A stretch of 64,000 nucleotides of DNA, from the NCBI GenBank assembly GCA_965219685.1, contig CBDCOH010000002.1:2496001-2560000 (forward strand). The letters are read 5' to 3'. Of the stretch, positions 1 through 11,023 are shown piece after piece. Source of the stretch: Candidatus Spongiisociaceae bacterium (GTDB lineage: Bacteria > Actinomycetota > Acidimicrobiia > Spongiisociales > Spongiisociaceae). The notes under the pieces are model-generated. The model was not told where the DNA came from. It made no database searches and saw nothing but the letters and a program-made list of their open reading frames with translations. Made by a program: the position numbers and the translations under genes. Numbering within the stretch: the stretch's first letter is position 1; each line of letters begins with the position of its first letter.

Positions 1-195
1 ACCACTTCTGCCGGTGTTTCTGGGAGGGTGTGGTGGTTGAGCTGGCTGGCCGGTGAGTACTGATGGCACCCGGAACGTTGATTCCTAGAGCTAGAGCGTA
101 CCCCGGCCGGTTCGCGAGGGTGCTTGTAGCGCTCATGGGGTGTCGTGCCGTAGAGCACTGATCCATTAGGTCGCCGCCGGGTGTCCCTCGAAGCT
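1..195 (+). ncRNA. Putative IS110 bridge RNA (5' stem-loop, target-binding loop, donor-binding loop)
   Basis: Stems 48-60/98-108 and 115-126/178-190, with internal hairpins 72-85 and 145-158. TGGGGTGTC at 136-144 is identical to the right end 1470-1478; AGCTAG at 89-94 is the reverse complement of 1478-1483. Confidence 0.75.
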
Positions 196-236
196 CTCTG
201 ACAATGTTTTGGGACTGTTTCTGAAGGAGGCAGCAG

Positions 237-1457
237 ATGATCTTTGTGGGAGATGACTGGGCTGAGGCGCATCACGATGTGTGTCTGATGGACGAGGCGG
301 GAACTCGGTTGGCTGGACGGCGGCTGCCGGAGGGCCTGGCGGGGGTGGCCCAGTTGCATGAGATGATCGCCGAGCACACATCGGATCCGGCCGAGGTGGT
401 GTTAGGCATCGAGACCGATCGGGGCCTCTGGGTCGGTGCTCTGGTCGCAGCGGGCTATCAGGTATATGCGATCAACCCCAAGGCGGTGTCCCGTTACCGG
501 GATCGGCACAGCATGGGCGGAGCGAAATCAGACCGTGGCGATGCCAAGGTGTTAGCCGATCTGGTACGAACCGACCGTCACAACCATCGTCCCGTGGCCG
601 GGGACAGCCCAGAAGCGGACGGGATCAAGATCATGGCCAGAGCGCATCAGAACCTGAAATGGGCCCGGGTGCGTCACACCAACCAGATGCGCAACGCCCT
701 CCGCGAATACTATCCCGCAGCGTTGGAAACGTTCGATGACCTGGCCCATCGCGACGCCCTTGCCGTCCTGGGCAAAGCACCCACCCCCACCCTGGGCACC
801 CGCCTGACACTGCCCCAGATCAGAGCAGCCCTCCAGAAAGCCGGGAGGCGACGCAACCTCGACAAGGTTGCCCGCCGCATCCAGAAAGGCCTCAGAGGTG
901 CCCACCTCACCGCACCGGAGCCGGTTGAGAACGCACTCGGGACAACAGTTGCATCACTGGTCAACATCATTGTGGAAACCAACCACCAGATCGAACAGCT
1001 CGAGCAAACCCTCGAGACCCGTTTTAGAGAACACCCGGACGCCGTCATCTACCACTCCCAGCCAGGACTCGGTACCGTGCTCGGCGCCCGGGCGCTCGGT
1101 GAGTTCGGGGACGACCCCCAACGCTACACCAGCGCCAAGTCTCGCAGGAACTACGCCGGCACGTCGCCCATCACCATCGCATCAGGCCGCAAACACGCCG
1201 TCACGGCCCGCCACGTCCGCAACCGGAGACTCTACGACGCCCTCGACCAATGGGCATTCTGCACCCTAACCCGAAGCCCAGGCGCCCGAGCCTTCTACGA
1301 CCAACGACGAGCAGCCGACGACGAACACCACCAAGCCCTCCGAGCCCTCGCCAACCGACTCGTAGGCATCCTCCACGGCTGCCTCAAACACCGAACCCCC
1401 TACAACGAACACACCGCCTGGGCCCACCGAACCGCCCTCGACCGAGCCGCAGCTTGA
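237..1457 (+). CDS. IS110-family DEDD recombinase/transposase
   Basis: FVGDDW, GIET, AKSDRGDA (RuvC-like DEDD); PGLG; YAGTSP..ASG catalytic Ser loop; RALANRL; RBS AAGGAGG. Confidence 0.95.
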   Translation: MIFVGDDWAEAHHDVCLMDEAGTRLAGRRLPEGLAGVAQLHEMIAEHTSDPAEVVLGIETDRGLWVGALVAAGYQVYAINPKAVSRYRDRHSMGGAKSDRGDAKVLADLVRTDRHNHRPVAGDSPEADGIKIMARAHQNLKWARVRHTNQMRNALREYYPAALETFDDLAHRDALAVLGKAPTPTLGTRLTLPQIRAALQKAGRRRNLDKVARRIQKGLRGAHLTAPEPVENALGTTVASLVNIIVETNHQIEQLEQTLETRFREHPDAVIYHSQPGLGTVLGARALGEFGDDPQRYTSAKSRRNYAGTSPITIASGRKHAVTARHVRNRRLYDALDQWAFCTLTRSPGARAFYDQRRAADDEHHQALRALANRLVGILHGCLKHRTPYNEHTAWAHRTALDRAAA

Positions 1458-1543
1458 CATTTACGCTCCTGGGGTGTCTAGCTAGCTCATCGTGGTCGTC
1501 GTGGTCGGTCCTGGCTCGGTAGTCGAGTACCCTCCGGAGTTAC

Positions 1544-1613
1544 CACCATTCACCATTCACCATTCACCATTCACCACTCACCACTCACCACTCACCACTC
1601 ACCACTCACTAAC
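1544..1613. repeat. Heptamer tandem repeat (CACCATT)x4 (CACCACT)x5
   Basis: Read directly; abuts a TAACCT -10-like box at 1610-1615. Confidence 0.95.
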
Positions 1614-1621
1614 CTTAGGGT

Positions 1622-2584
1622 ATGCGAAGGTTCACGATTGACCTGAAGGGACCGTTTCACGGGATCGAGTTCGGTGGCGAGGGCCGGCTGGTGCTCCTCG
1701 TGCATGGTCTGAGCGGATCGGCCGTCAATTGGGTGGAAGTGGGGGATGGACTGACTGTCTACGGCAGAGTCGTTGCGCCCGAGCTCCCAGGATTCGGACG
1801 CACTCCCCCGGCCGGGCGCCGTGCGTCGATCGAAGCGCAGGCGGAGATCTTGGCCGAGTTCATTCGGAGGCAGTCGGACAGACCAGCTCTCATCGTCGGC
1901 AACTCGATGGGGGCGATGGCCGCAATGATCCTGGCGGGACGTTATCCCGAACTGGTGAAACGGCTCGTGCTGATCGATTCACCAGCGCCATCACCCTCCG
2001 CTATCGGCATGGCGCCGGTGTGGATGCTGGTCATGGTCCTGTACCTGATCCCCGGGCTGAACAAGGCCTTGCTGACCTGGATGCACAGCCAGGGCTCACC
2101 CGAGGAGCGCACGGAGGCGGGAATAGACCTGATCGCCGCCCGTGCCGACCGCATCCCCAGATCGACGCGCCTCCTTCATGCCCAAGTGACTGCCGAGCGC
2201 AACATGATGCCGTGGACACACGATGTGCACCTCGAGGCTTACCGCTCGATAATCCGGACCCTTGTCCCCTACTCGCGCTTCGACCAGATGGTGCGTCGGA
2301 TCACAGTACCGACCCTTCTGATACACGGGACCACGGACATCGTGGTACCGGTAGCAGCGGCCGAACGCCTAGCCTCCCTTCGTCCCGATTGGACCTACCG
2401 ACCGTTGGTGGATACCGGGCACATCCCCATGATGGAGTCCCCCGAGTTGTGCCTGGAGTTGATCGGCGAGTTCATGGCGGCGACGGGACTGACTCCGGAA
2501 CATGGAACCGGCAGCGTGGCAGCCGTCAGCCATAACGGCGCCGCCGACTCCAATCCAGAAAGCGTTCGAGCGGCCAGGTATTAG
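1622..2584 (+). CDS. Alpha/beta-fold hydrolase, probably leaderless
   Basis: LVHGL, PGFG, GNSMG nucleophile elbow, HG..D.VVP, GHIP. Confidence 0.9.
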   Translation: MRRFTIDLKGPFHGIEFGGEGRLVLLVHGLSGSAVNWVEVGDGLTVYGRVVAPELPGFGRTPPAGRRASIEAQAEILAEFIRRQSDRPALIVGNSMGAMAAMILAGRYPELVKRLVLIDSPAPSPSAIGMAPVWMLVMVLYLIPGLNKALLTWMHSQGSPEERTEAGIDLIAARADRIPRSTRLLHAQVTAERNMMPWTHDVHLEAYRSIIRTLVPYSRFDQMVRRITVPTLLIHGTTDIVVPVAAAERLASLRPDWTYRPLVDTGHIPMMESPELCLELIGEFMAATGLTPEHGTGSVAAVSHNGAADSNPESVRAARY

Positions 2585-4316
2585 CGATCCGGTCCCGCTC
2601 GAGCCAGCCTCGCTGAGCCTGGCGGACTCCCCATTTCGACTGCTCCAGTTCCTCAACGCGGTGGGCGTCGGTCGAGATGACGAGATGGACCCGACGGGTT
2701 CGCGCCCGTGATAGGACCTCGACCGAGGCGTCGAGGCGGTCCAAGTGGGAGTTGATCTCGATGGCGGTCCCGGTCGCCTCCGCCGCTTCCAGCACCGTTC
2801 CCAGGTCGAGGTCGATCCCGGGACGGCGGCCGATGCGGCGACCCTGCAGGTGACCGATCACATCGACGGCCGGGTGCCGGATGGCCTTCACGACACGGGC
2901 CGTCTGATGCCCGATCGGCAGGTCGAAGTAGCTGTGCACCGAGGCGACGCACCAGTCGTAGTCCATTAGGAAGTCATGGTCGTAGTCGAGCGAGCCGTCC
3001 TTGCCGATGTTGAGCTCAACTCCGTGAAGTATGCGCATCGTGGGGTAGCGCTCCTGGAGGGAGGCGATCCGGCGGCGCTGAGACAGCATCTCCGACCTAC
3101 CCACTCCGTTGATGGCCAGATCCTCCGCGTGGTCGGTGATCGCAACGTACTCGAGACCTAGGGCCGAGGCCTTATCGAGCATCGCCTCCAGAGAGTCGTC
3201 ACCGTCCCCCGACATATCGGTGTGGACATGCAGATCACCTCTGAGATCCCCGTCGACTACCAGATCCGGGAGCCCACCCGACTGGGCCGCCTCGATCTCA
3301 CCGGTATCTTCACGGATGGTCGGAGGTATCCACGGCAGTCCCAGAGCCTCGTATATGCCGTCCTCCGTCTCCTGGGCGACGATCCCCCCACCCTCCGCCT
3401 CGTACAGCGAGTACTCGCTGAGCACCCACCCCCGCTCGATCGCCAGCCGGCGCAACCGGATGTTGTGCTCCTTGGAACCTGTGAAGTACAGCAGCGCAGC
3501 ACCCCACTGCTGCATGGGGACTACCCGGACGTCGACCTGGAGACCCGAATGGGTGAGCATCGATGTCTTCGTGTCCCCCGATACCACCACATGGCGGACC
3601 CAACCCATCTTTACCAGCCGCTGCGTCACCGGCGCAGGATCGGGCGTCGCCACCAGGATGTCGAGATCGGCAACCGTGTCCCGGAAGCGGCGCAGGCTCC
3701 CGCAGTAAGCAGCTTCCTGAACACCGGGCAGCGTCCGGACTTCGGACACGATCCGCCGGGCGAGCCGCATCGCCGCCAGGATCGGAGTCCGGCGGTCCTT
3801 GCCGGACCACCCGAGCCGGTCGATGGCCCGGCGCAGGTTCTCCTCGGTCTTGGGACCGAAGCCGGGCAGTTGCCGGACCGCCTCCGCCTCGAGGGCCACG
3901 ATGAGGCTCTCCACCGAGTCCACCCCCAGGGCCGTGCGCAACATGACGGCTCGTTTCGGTCCCAGGCCCGGAACCCGCACGAGCTCGCGGAAATGGAGCG
4001 GGAACTCCTCCCGGAGTCGATCGAGCCTGTCGATCCGACCGGTCTCGACGTATTCGCGTATGTAGGACGCCGAGGACTTCCCGATGCCGGAGACCCTCAG
4101 CAACTCCCCACCGGACAACCCCGCCACTCGATGGGGAAGCCCCTCGAGAGCCTTGGCGGCCGCCTCGTATGCTCTGGCACGGAAGGACTGAGCGCTGCCA
4201 TCCTTGATACGGGTGAGTAGGGCGAGTTCCTCGAAGAGGGCGGCGACCTCGATGTTGGTCACCAAGACGACCACCCCATCGCTACTCCTCTCCGCACCGG
4301 ACTGAAAGATAGCCAC
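2526..4316 (-). CDS. polX: DNA polymerase X with PHP exonuclease domain (true start probably GTG 4274 or 4262)
   Basis: HhH motifs, GSLRR..DLDIL, VDVR, YFTGSKEHN, PHP motifs HVHT, TDH, GVE, STDAH; overlaps the hydrolase 3' end by 59 bp. Confidence 0.93.
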   Translation of the reverse strand: MAIFQSGAERSSDGVVVLVTNIEVAALFEELALLTRIKDGSAQSFRARAYEAAAKALEGLPHRVAGLSGGELLRVSGIGKSSASYIREYVETGRIDRLDRLREEFPLHFRELVRVPGLGPKRAVMLRTALGVDSVESLIVALEAEAVRQLPGFGPKTEENLRRAIDRLGWSGKDRRTPILAAMRLARRIVSEVRTLPGVQEAAYCGSLRRFRDTVADLDILVATPDPAPVTQRLVKMGWVRHVVVSGDTKTSMLTHSGLQVDVRVVPMQQWGAALLYFTGSKEHNIRLRRLAIERGWVLSEYSLYEAEGGGIVAQETEDGIYEALGLPWIPPTIREDTGEIEAAQSGGLPDLVVDGDLRGDLHVHTDMSGDGDDSLEAMLDKASALGLEYVAITDHAEDLAINGVGRSEMLSQRRRIASLQERYPTMRILHGVELNIGKDGSLDYDHDFLMDYDWCVASVHSYFDLPIGHQTARVVKAIRHPAVDVIGHLQGRRIGRRPGIDLDLGTVLEAAEATGTAIEINSHLDRLDASVEVLSRARTRRVHLVISTDAHRVEELEQSKWGVRQAQRGWLERDRIANTWPLERFLDWSRRRRYG

Positions 4317-4540
4317 TCGAGACCGGAAGTTGCCGACGTTGCCCCCTAGACGAGCAGGCCAAGTCGGACCAGAAGCGACGGTACTCTACGATCGCTACAC
4401 AACGCTGTACAACCCATCCGTAACTCGTGTGCCCTGTTCCTGGACTCGGACCACGGGGCTGCCATTTCGTGACGAGCCACCCGCCGCGCTGAGGCGGGAC
4501 CCAAATAGCGCGATGGAGGATGGTAAGTGATCCGATTGAA

Positions 4541-4589
4541 CGCTAACCACTGAACACCAACTAGAAACTATAGACCACCGACTACGAAC
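4541..4589. repeat. Degenerate 7-bp periodic tract
   Basis: cgctaac cactgaa caccaac tagaaac tatagac caccgac tacgaac. Confidence 0.55.
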
Positions 4590-4673
4590 TGATCATCTAA
4601 CCGGCGTAGTCGGCCGGCGTGGCCTGGTAACGCGGTAACCTCTCGTGGCGCCTCCCCGTCAGAAGGGTTCAAC

Positions 4674-6059
4674 ATGACTTTGGCCAGCGCCGGATACTCG
4701 GTGACCCTCCGTATCCACGTCCCCGCCGAGGACGAGCGGGCCATCGGGCGGATCACGACCGCCATCGGGGAGGCAGGTGGCGTGGTCACTGCCCTCGACT
4801 TCGTAGAGTCCGACTCGAACCGGTTGGTGCTCGACATCAGCGCCAACGCCCGTGGGGTGGAGCACTCCGGCGACATCACGGCTGCCGTGGACTCGGTGGA
4901 CGGGGTCACGGTCCACCACGTCTCGGACCGTACTTTCCTCATCCATCTGGGTGGCAAGCTCGAAGTCAGGAGCAGGGTCCGCCTCCGCAACCGCGACCAG
5001 CTCTCGATGGCGTACACCCCCGGCGTCGCGCGGGTGAGCCTGGCGCTGGCCAAGCATCCTGAAGACGCCCGCAACCTGACCGTCAAGGGAAACGCGGTGG
5101 CGATCGTCACCGATGGAAGCGCGGTGCTGGGCCTGGGAAACATCGGGCCGGTGGCGGCCCTTCCGGTTATGGAAGGAAAGGCCGCCCTGTTCAAACGTTT
5201 TGCCGATGTGAACGCCTGGCCCATCTGTCTCGACTCCAACGACTCCGACGAGATCGTGCGGGCCGTCGAGATGTTGGCCCCCGGATTCGGGGGGATCAAC
5301 CTCGAGGACATAGCCGCTCCCCGCTGTTTCGACATCGAGGCCCGCCTGCGGGACTCGCTCGACATCCCGGTGTTCCATGACGACCAGCACGGAACCGCCA
5401 TCGTCGTGCTGGCGGCTCTGACCAATGCGCTCAAGGTCGTCGGGAAGAAGATCGTCGACGTGAGGGTGGCCATGAGCGGCGCCGGAGCCGCCGGAGTCGC
5501 GGTAGCCAAGCTCCTCAAGGCCGTCGGTACACCCGACATCGTCGCCCTGGACAGGGGCGGCATCATCGGCCCCGACCGCACCTTCGTCGACCGGTCGAAG
5601 CGCTGGATGCAGGAACACACCAACCAGGACGGTCTCTCGGGGGGGATCCTGGATGCCCTCGAAGGGGCAGATGTGTTCGTCGGGGTGAGCGGCCCGGACC
5701 TGTTCGACGCGGCCGAGATCCGACGGATGGCGCACGACCCTATCGTTTTCGGACTCGCCAACCCCGATCCGGAGTTCGATCCTCAACGGGCGCGGGATTT
5801 TGCACCGGTGGTGGCAACCGGCCGATCCGACTTCCCCAACCAGATCAACAACGTGCTCGCCTTCCCGGGTGTCTTCCGGGGAGCGCTCGACGCGCGCGCC
5901 AAGTCCATAACCGATTTGATGAACGTGGCAGCGGCCCGGGCTATCGCTTCGGTGGTCAGGCCGGAGCAGTTGAACGCGAGCTACATCATCCCGTCGGTCT
6001 TCAATCCCGAAGTGGTCGACGAGGTCGCCAAGGCCGTGAGGGCTGCAGCCTCCGGCTGA
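4674..6059 (+). CDS. Malic enzyme with N-terminal ACT-like domain
   Basis: AYTPGVA, TDGSAVLGLG, MEGKA, NLEDI, HDDQHGT, GAGAAG, NQINNVL. Confidence 0.93.
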   Translation: MTLASAGYSVTLRIHVPAEDERAIGRITTAIGEAGGVVTALDFVESDSNRLVLDISANARGVEHSGDITAAVDSVDGVTVHHVSDRTFLIHLGGKLEVRSRVRLRNRDQLSMAYTPGVARVSLALAKHPEDARNLTVKGNAVAIVTDGSAVLGLGNIGPVAALPVMEGKAALFKRFADVNAWPICLDSNDSDEIVRAVEMLAPGFGGINLEDIAAPRCFDIEARLRDSLDIPVFHDDQHGTAIVVLAALTNALKVVGKKIVDVRVAMSGAGAAGVAVAKLLKAVGTPDIVALDRGGIIGPDRTFVDRSKRWMQEHTNQDGLSGGILDALEGADVFVGVSGPDLFDAAEIRRMAHDPIVFGLANPDPEFDPQRARDFAPVVATGRSDFPNQINNVLAFPGVFRGALDARAKSITDLMNVAAARAIASVVRPEQLNASYIIPSVFNPEVVDEVAKAVRAAASG

Positions 6060-6061
6060 GC

Positions 6062-7318
6062 TCAGAAGGCCCGATCCCCAGGGACCGAGGGGACCCTTAT
6101 GCGAAAGGTGGAACCCTGACCCAGCCGGCTCTCCACCTCTACCCGGCCCCCGTGCAACTCGGCCACGTGTTTCACGATCGCCAAGCCCAGACCCGTCCCG
6201 CCCGTGGATCGGGAACGGGCTGGGTCGACCCGGTAGAACCGCTCGAAGATCCTCGGTAGGTCGGATGCGGGGATCCCGGAACCGGTGTCGGAGACCACGA
6301 TGGTCACCTCTCCGTTCCCGGAAGCGACGGATGCGGCAACCAGCCCTTGCTCCGGGGTGTGACGGACCGCGTTCTCCAGGAGATTGCGGAAAGCCAGCGC
6401 CAGATCGGACGGACTACCGATCATCGGGGTCGGAGCCGCCGCGAAGTCGATGGCGGGAAGCGAAGAACTGAACCGTTCGACCTCCTCGTCGAGCACGTCG
6501 GCAAGGTCGAACGGCTCGACGTGAGGACTGTCCGACTCCAGCCGGGACAGATCCAGCAGATCGGTCACGATCCTCGACATGCGCAGAGCGTTGTCGAAGA
6601 TCCTCCCTGAGAAGTCGAATACCGCCTCGGGATCCTCATCCATAGCGACCAGGATGGTCTCGGCAGCAGCCCTTATCGCCGCTACCGGTGTCTTCAGCTC
6701 GTGGGAAGCGGCGACCACGAAGTCCTGGCGCGTCCGGTCGGCCTGCACCCGCTCCGTGACATCGAGCAGATGGAGCACTATCACATCGTCGCTCCGCGAC
6801 GCGTGCCCGCACACCTCCACGATCCTGCGCGGCAGCCCCTGGGACAGACGCTTGGTGGCGGATCGACCCCTGGTCGCCGCTTCGATCACCTGGCGGACCG
6901 GCGTCGGTATGGGCGCTCCCGCCTCGGTGATCCGCTCGCCGAGGAACTTGGCGGCTGCCGCGTTCGCATACACGGGCCGGTCCGACCTGACCGCCACGAC
7001 CCCGATCGGCAGCGAGGCGAGGAGTTCTGCCTGGAACTCATCCCGGATCTGAAGCGCTTGGTTGTCGACCTCCAGGCTCTCGATCCTACGCCGGTCGGCA
7101 GCCGAGCGCAGGCGGTGGCGCCGGGCCAGCCACACGATCGACCAGATGGCCACGGCACCTGCCAAGCCTCCGATCCAGGACCACGGCGGATGCGCCCTCA
7201 GCGCTGTGAAGCCTGCCAGAGCCACCGCGGCCAGACCCGTGTAGTGGAGCGTCGCGAGACCGAGCCGTCCCGTTGGGGTGGAGAAGCTTGGCTCGTCCGG
7301 GGATGCAGGGCCCGTCAT
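6062..7318 (-). CDS. Phosphate-regulon sensor histidine kinase (SenX3/PhoR-like)
   Basis: Two N-terminal TM segments, SHELKTP, NLLENA, DTGSGI, FERFYRVD, GTGLGL; last gene of the pst operon. Confidence 0.9.
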   Translation of the reverse strand: MTGPASPDEPSFSTPTGRLGLATLHYTGLAAVALAGFTALRAHPPWSWIGGLAGAVAIWSIVWLARRHRLRSAADRRRIESLEVDNQALQIRDEFQAELLASLPIGVVAVRSDRPVYANAAAAKFLGERITEAGAPIPTPVRQVIEAATRGRSATKRLSQGLPRRIVEVCGHASRSDDVIVLHLLDVTERVQADRTRQDFVVAASHELKTPVAAIRAAAETILVAMDEDPEAVFDFSGRIFDNALRMSRIVTDLLDLSRLESDSPHVEPFDLADVLDEEVERFSSSLPAIDFAAAPTPMIGSPSDLALAFRNLLENAVRHTPEQGLVAASVASGNGEVTIVVSDTGSGIPASDLPRIFERFYRVDPARSRSTGGTGLGLAIVKHVAELHGGRVEVESRLGQGSTFRIRVPSVPGDRAF

Positions 7319-7434
7319 ACCGGCCGGGCGGGCGGACCGGTCGGCCCGCGCCGTCTATTCGGGTGGGGACCCCGGCGACTAGTTGCAGCGCCGATCAACG
7401 GCCTCATGATTATCCGTCCAGCCGCACATCCCCA

Positions 7435-8124
7435 CTACCGATCGTCGGCGAACTTGTACCCGAGGCCTCTGACGGTGACTATCCACTCCGGCGAGCGTGG
7501 GGTCTGCTCGACCTTCTCCCGTAGCCGTCGGATATGGACGTCGAGGGTCTTGGGATCGCCGAAGAACGGCACCCCCCATATCTCCTCGAGAAGGATCTGG
7601 CGCGGCACCAGCCTCCCCTTGCGCGCCAGCAGGGCCTCGAGGAGTTCGAACTCCTTGGGACGGAAGTCGACCAGTTCACCGCCGATACGGACCTCGTGCC
7701 GGTCCACATCCAGCGAGACGGGCCCGCCTTCGAACACCAGCGAGTCCATACTGCGCGGGACCCGCGACGCCCGGCGGAGGATCCCCCGGATCCGCGAGAT
7801 CAGCTCGCGCATCGAGAAGGGCTTGGTCACGTAGTCGTCGGCGCCCAACTCGAGTCCGGCAACCACGTCGGCCTCGGCGTCCTTGGCCGTGACCACCACC
7901 ACCGGGACGTCCGACGAGGAGCGTATCTGGCGTAGGACATCCAGCCCGCCCACTCCAGGCAGCATCAGGTCCAGGACCACGAGATCGATGGCTCGTCGAT
8001 GGTAGGACTCCACCGCGAGACGGCCGTCGGCCACCACGGTCACCTCGTACCCCTCCCTGGCCAGGTTGTATCGGAGGGACTCGGCGAGCGTCTCCTCGTC
8101 CTCCACTACCAGGATCGAGACCAT
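7435..8124 (-). CDS. OmpR-family response regulator (RegX3-like)
   Basis: VEDE, LDLMLP, GADDYVTKPF, winged helix KTLDVHIRRLR. Confidence 0.92.
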   Translation of the reverse strand: MVSILVVEDEETLAESLRYNLAREGYEVTVVADGRLAVESYHRRAIDLVVLDLMLPGVGGLDVLRQIRSSSDVPVVVVTAKDAEADVVAGLELGADDYVTKPFSMRELISRIRGILRRASRVPRSMDSLVFEGGPVSLDVDRHEVRIGGELVDFRPKEFELLEALLARKGRLVPRQILLEEIWGVPFFGDPKTLDVHIRRLREKVEQTPRSPEWIVTVRGLGYKFADDR

Positions 8125-8127
8125 CCG

Positions 8128-8817
8128 CTATCCGTCGCCCCGGGCCAGCACCCAACCCTCCGGGAACTCGCGGAACTCCCCGGTCAGTAGGAAGGCAACC
8201 TGCTCACCGATGTCGACCGCTCGGTCGCCGACCCGCTCGAGAGCTCGCGAGACGAGCATCATCTGCACCGCCCACTCGAGCAGGTCCGAGTCGGGAGCGC
8301 AGGCGGCTACCTCCCTCCACATGTTGTGGTTGAGCCAGTCGGCTGGATCGTCCATCTCGGGCAAGCGCAGCGCCAGATTGAGATCTCGCTTGATCAGGGC
8401 TTCCATGGCGGTCTGGACCATGGGCACCACGATGGACCGCATCTCCCGGATATGGAGCAGGATGGTCTCGTTCCTCGGGCGTCCAGCGGTCAACTCGACG
8501 GTCCGGGCGATGTTGGCCGCCTGGTCGCCCATTCGCTCGATGCTGTGCCCGGCTTGGAGGATCAGGGACATGAGGCGGAGGTCGGAGGCAACCGGGGTCT
8601 GCCGGGCCATGACCACATGCCAGCGTTGTTCCACATCGACGTACAACCGGTCAATCCTCCGGTCGTCAACCACGACTTTGCGGGCGAGTTCGACATTACC
8701 CGTCAAGAGGGCATCCACGGCGTCGACGATCTGGGCTTCGGCCATCTCCGCCATGTCGAGCAACAGGACCTCGAGCTGGTTCAGCTCGGCGTGGAACTGG
8801 CTGCGGACCTCGGTCAT
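8128..8817 (-). CDS. phoU: Phosphate signalling protein PhoU
   Basis: [24 protein letters not shown]. Confidence 0.95.
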   Translation of the reverse strand: MTEVRSQFHAELNQLEVLLLDMAEMAEAQIVDAVDALLTGNVELARKVVVDDRRIDRLYVDVEQRWHVVMARQTPVASDLRLMSLILQAGHSIERMGDQAANIARTVELTAGRPRNETILLHIREMRSIVVPMVQTAMEALIKRDLNLALRLPEMDDPADWLNHNMWREVAACAPDSDLLEWAVQMMLVSRALERVGDRAVDIGEQVAFLLTGEFREFPEGWVLARGDG

Positions 8818-9661
8818 CCGAACCGACCCGTGATGTAGTCCTCGGTCTCGACCTTGGCGGGCCTGGTGAAGACGGCACCGGTCGTCCCCGCTTCGACCAC
8901 GTAGCCGGCCCGGTCACTGTCCATGTTGAGAAACACCGTATAGTCGGAGGCTCGAGCAGCCTGTTGCATGTTGTGGGTGACGATGATGATCGTGTAGTTG
9001 ACCTTGAGTTCTTGGACCAACTCCTCGATCCTGAGCGTAGCCACCGGGTCGAGGGCCGAGGTCGGCTCATCCATGAGGATGATCTCGGGCTTGACGGCAA
9101 TCGCCCGCGCTATACAGAGGCGCTGCTGCTGGCCCCCCGAGAGGGAATAGCCACTCTCATCCAGCTTGTCCTTGACCTCGTCCCAGAGGGCGGCTTGGCG
9201 CAGGGACAACTCGACCAACTCATCCAAGTCGTCCTTCCAACCGTTTATCTTGGCGCCCCAGGCCACGTTCTGGTAGATGGTCTTCGGGAAGGGATTCGGC
9301 TTCTGGAAGACCATCCCCACGCGCCGCCGCAACTCCACCGGGTCGACCGACGGATCGTAGACATTCTGCCCGTGGAAGAGGACTTCCCCTTCCACGCGGG
9401 CGGACGGAACCAGGTCGTTCATCCGGTTCAGGGCCCTCAGCAGGGTGCTCTTCCCGCACCCAGACGGTCCGATCAAGGCAGTGATATGGCGGTCCCGGAA
9501 AGGCAGGGTCACGTCCTTGACCGCCCGAAATTTCCCGTAATACGCACTCATGTTCACGGCTTCCATGGCAACGCTGCCAGGTCCGACCGGTGTTTTCGCT
9601 TCCGTTTGAACGGTCAAGTCGGTCATCACCCTTCCAGTCGATCGGGCTTCGTCAATCGTCA

Positions 9662-9662
<1 letters not shown>
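8814..9662 (-). CDS. pstB: Phosphate ABC transporter ATPase
   Basis: ATG 9662 overlaps the pstA stop, RBS GGAGG; [33 protein letters not shown]. Confidence 0.96.

Positions 9663-11022
<1,360 letters not shown>

Positions 11023-11023
<1 letters not shown>

Larger units (their letters stand above)
1..1479 (+). mobile_element. IS110-family insertion sequence (left end lies upstream of the window)
   Basis: IS110 recombinase ORF, long structured 5' non-coding end, short right end with TTGACA (1454-1459) ending at a putative CT core (1478-1479). Confidence 0.85.

Noticed and set aside
1544-1613. Heptamer tracts as CRISPR arrays or telomere-like ends
   Set aside because: No spacers, no cas genes, and they are internal intergenic tracts
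2526-4316. polX as an inactive or defence-associated variant
   Set aside because: Polymerase DxD/D and PHP ligands are intact, and there are no defence or NHEJ neighbours
4317-4673. Possible ncRNA or 66-aa ORF between polX and malic enzyme
   Set aside because: No recognisable RNA motif, RBS or protein features; only the degenerate heptamer tract is supported
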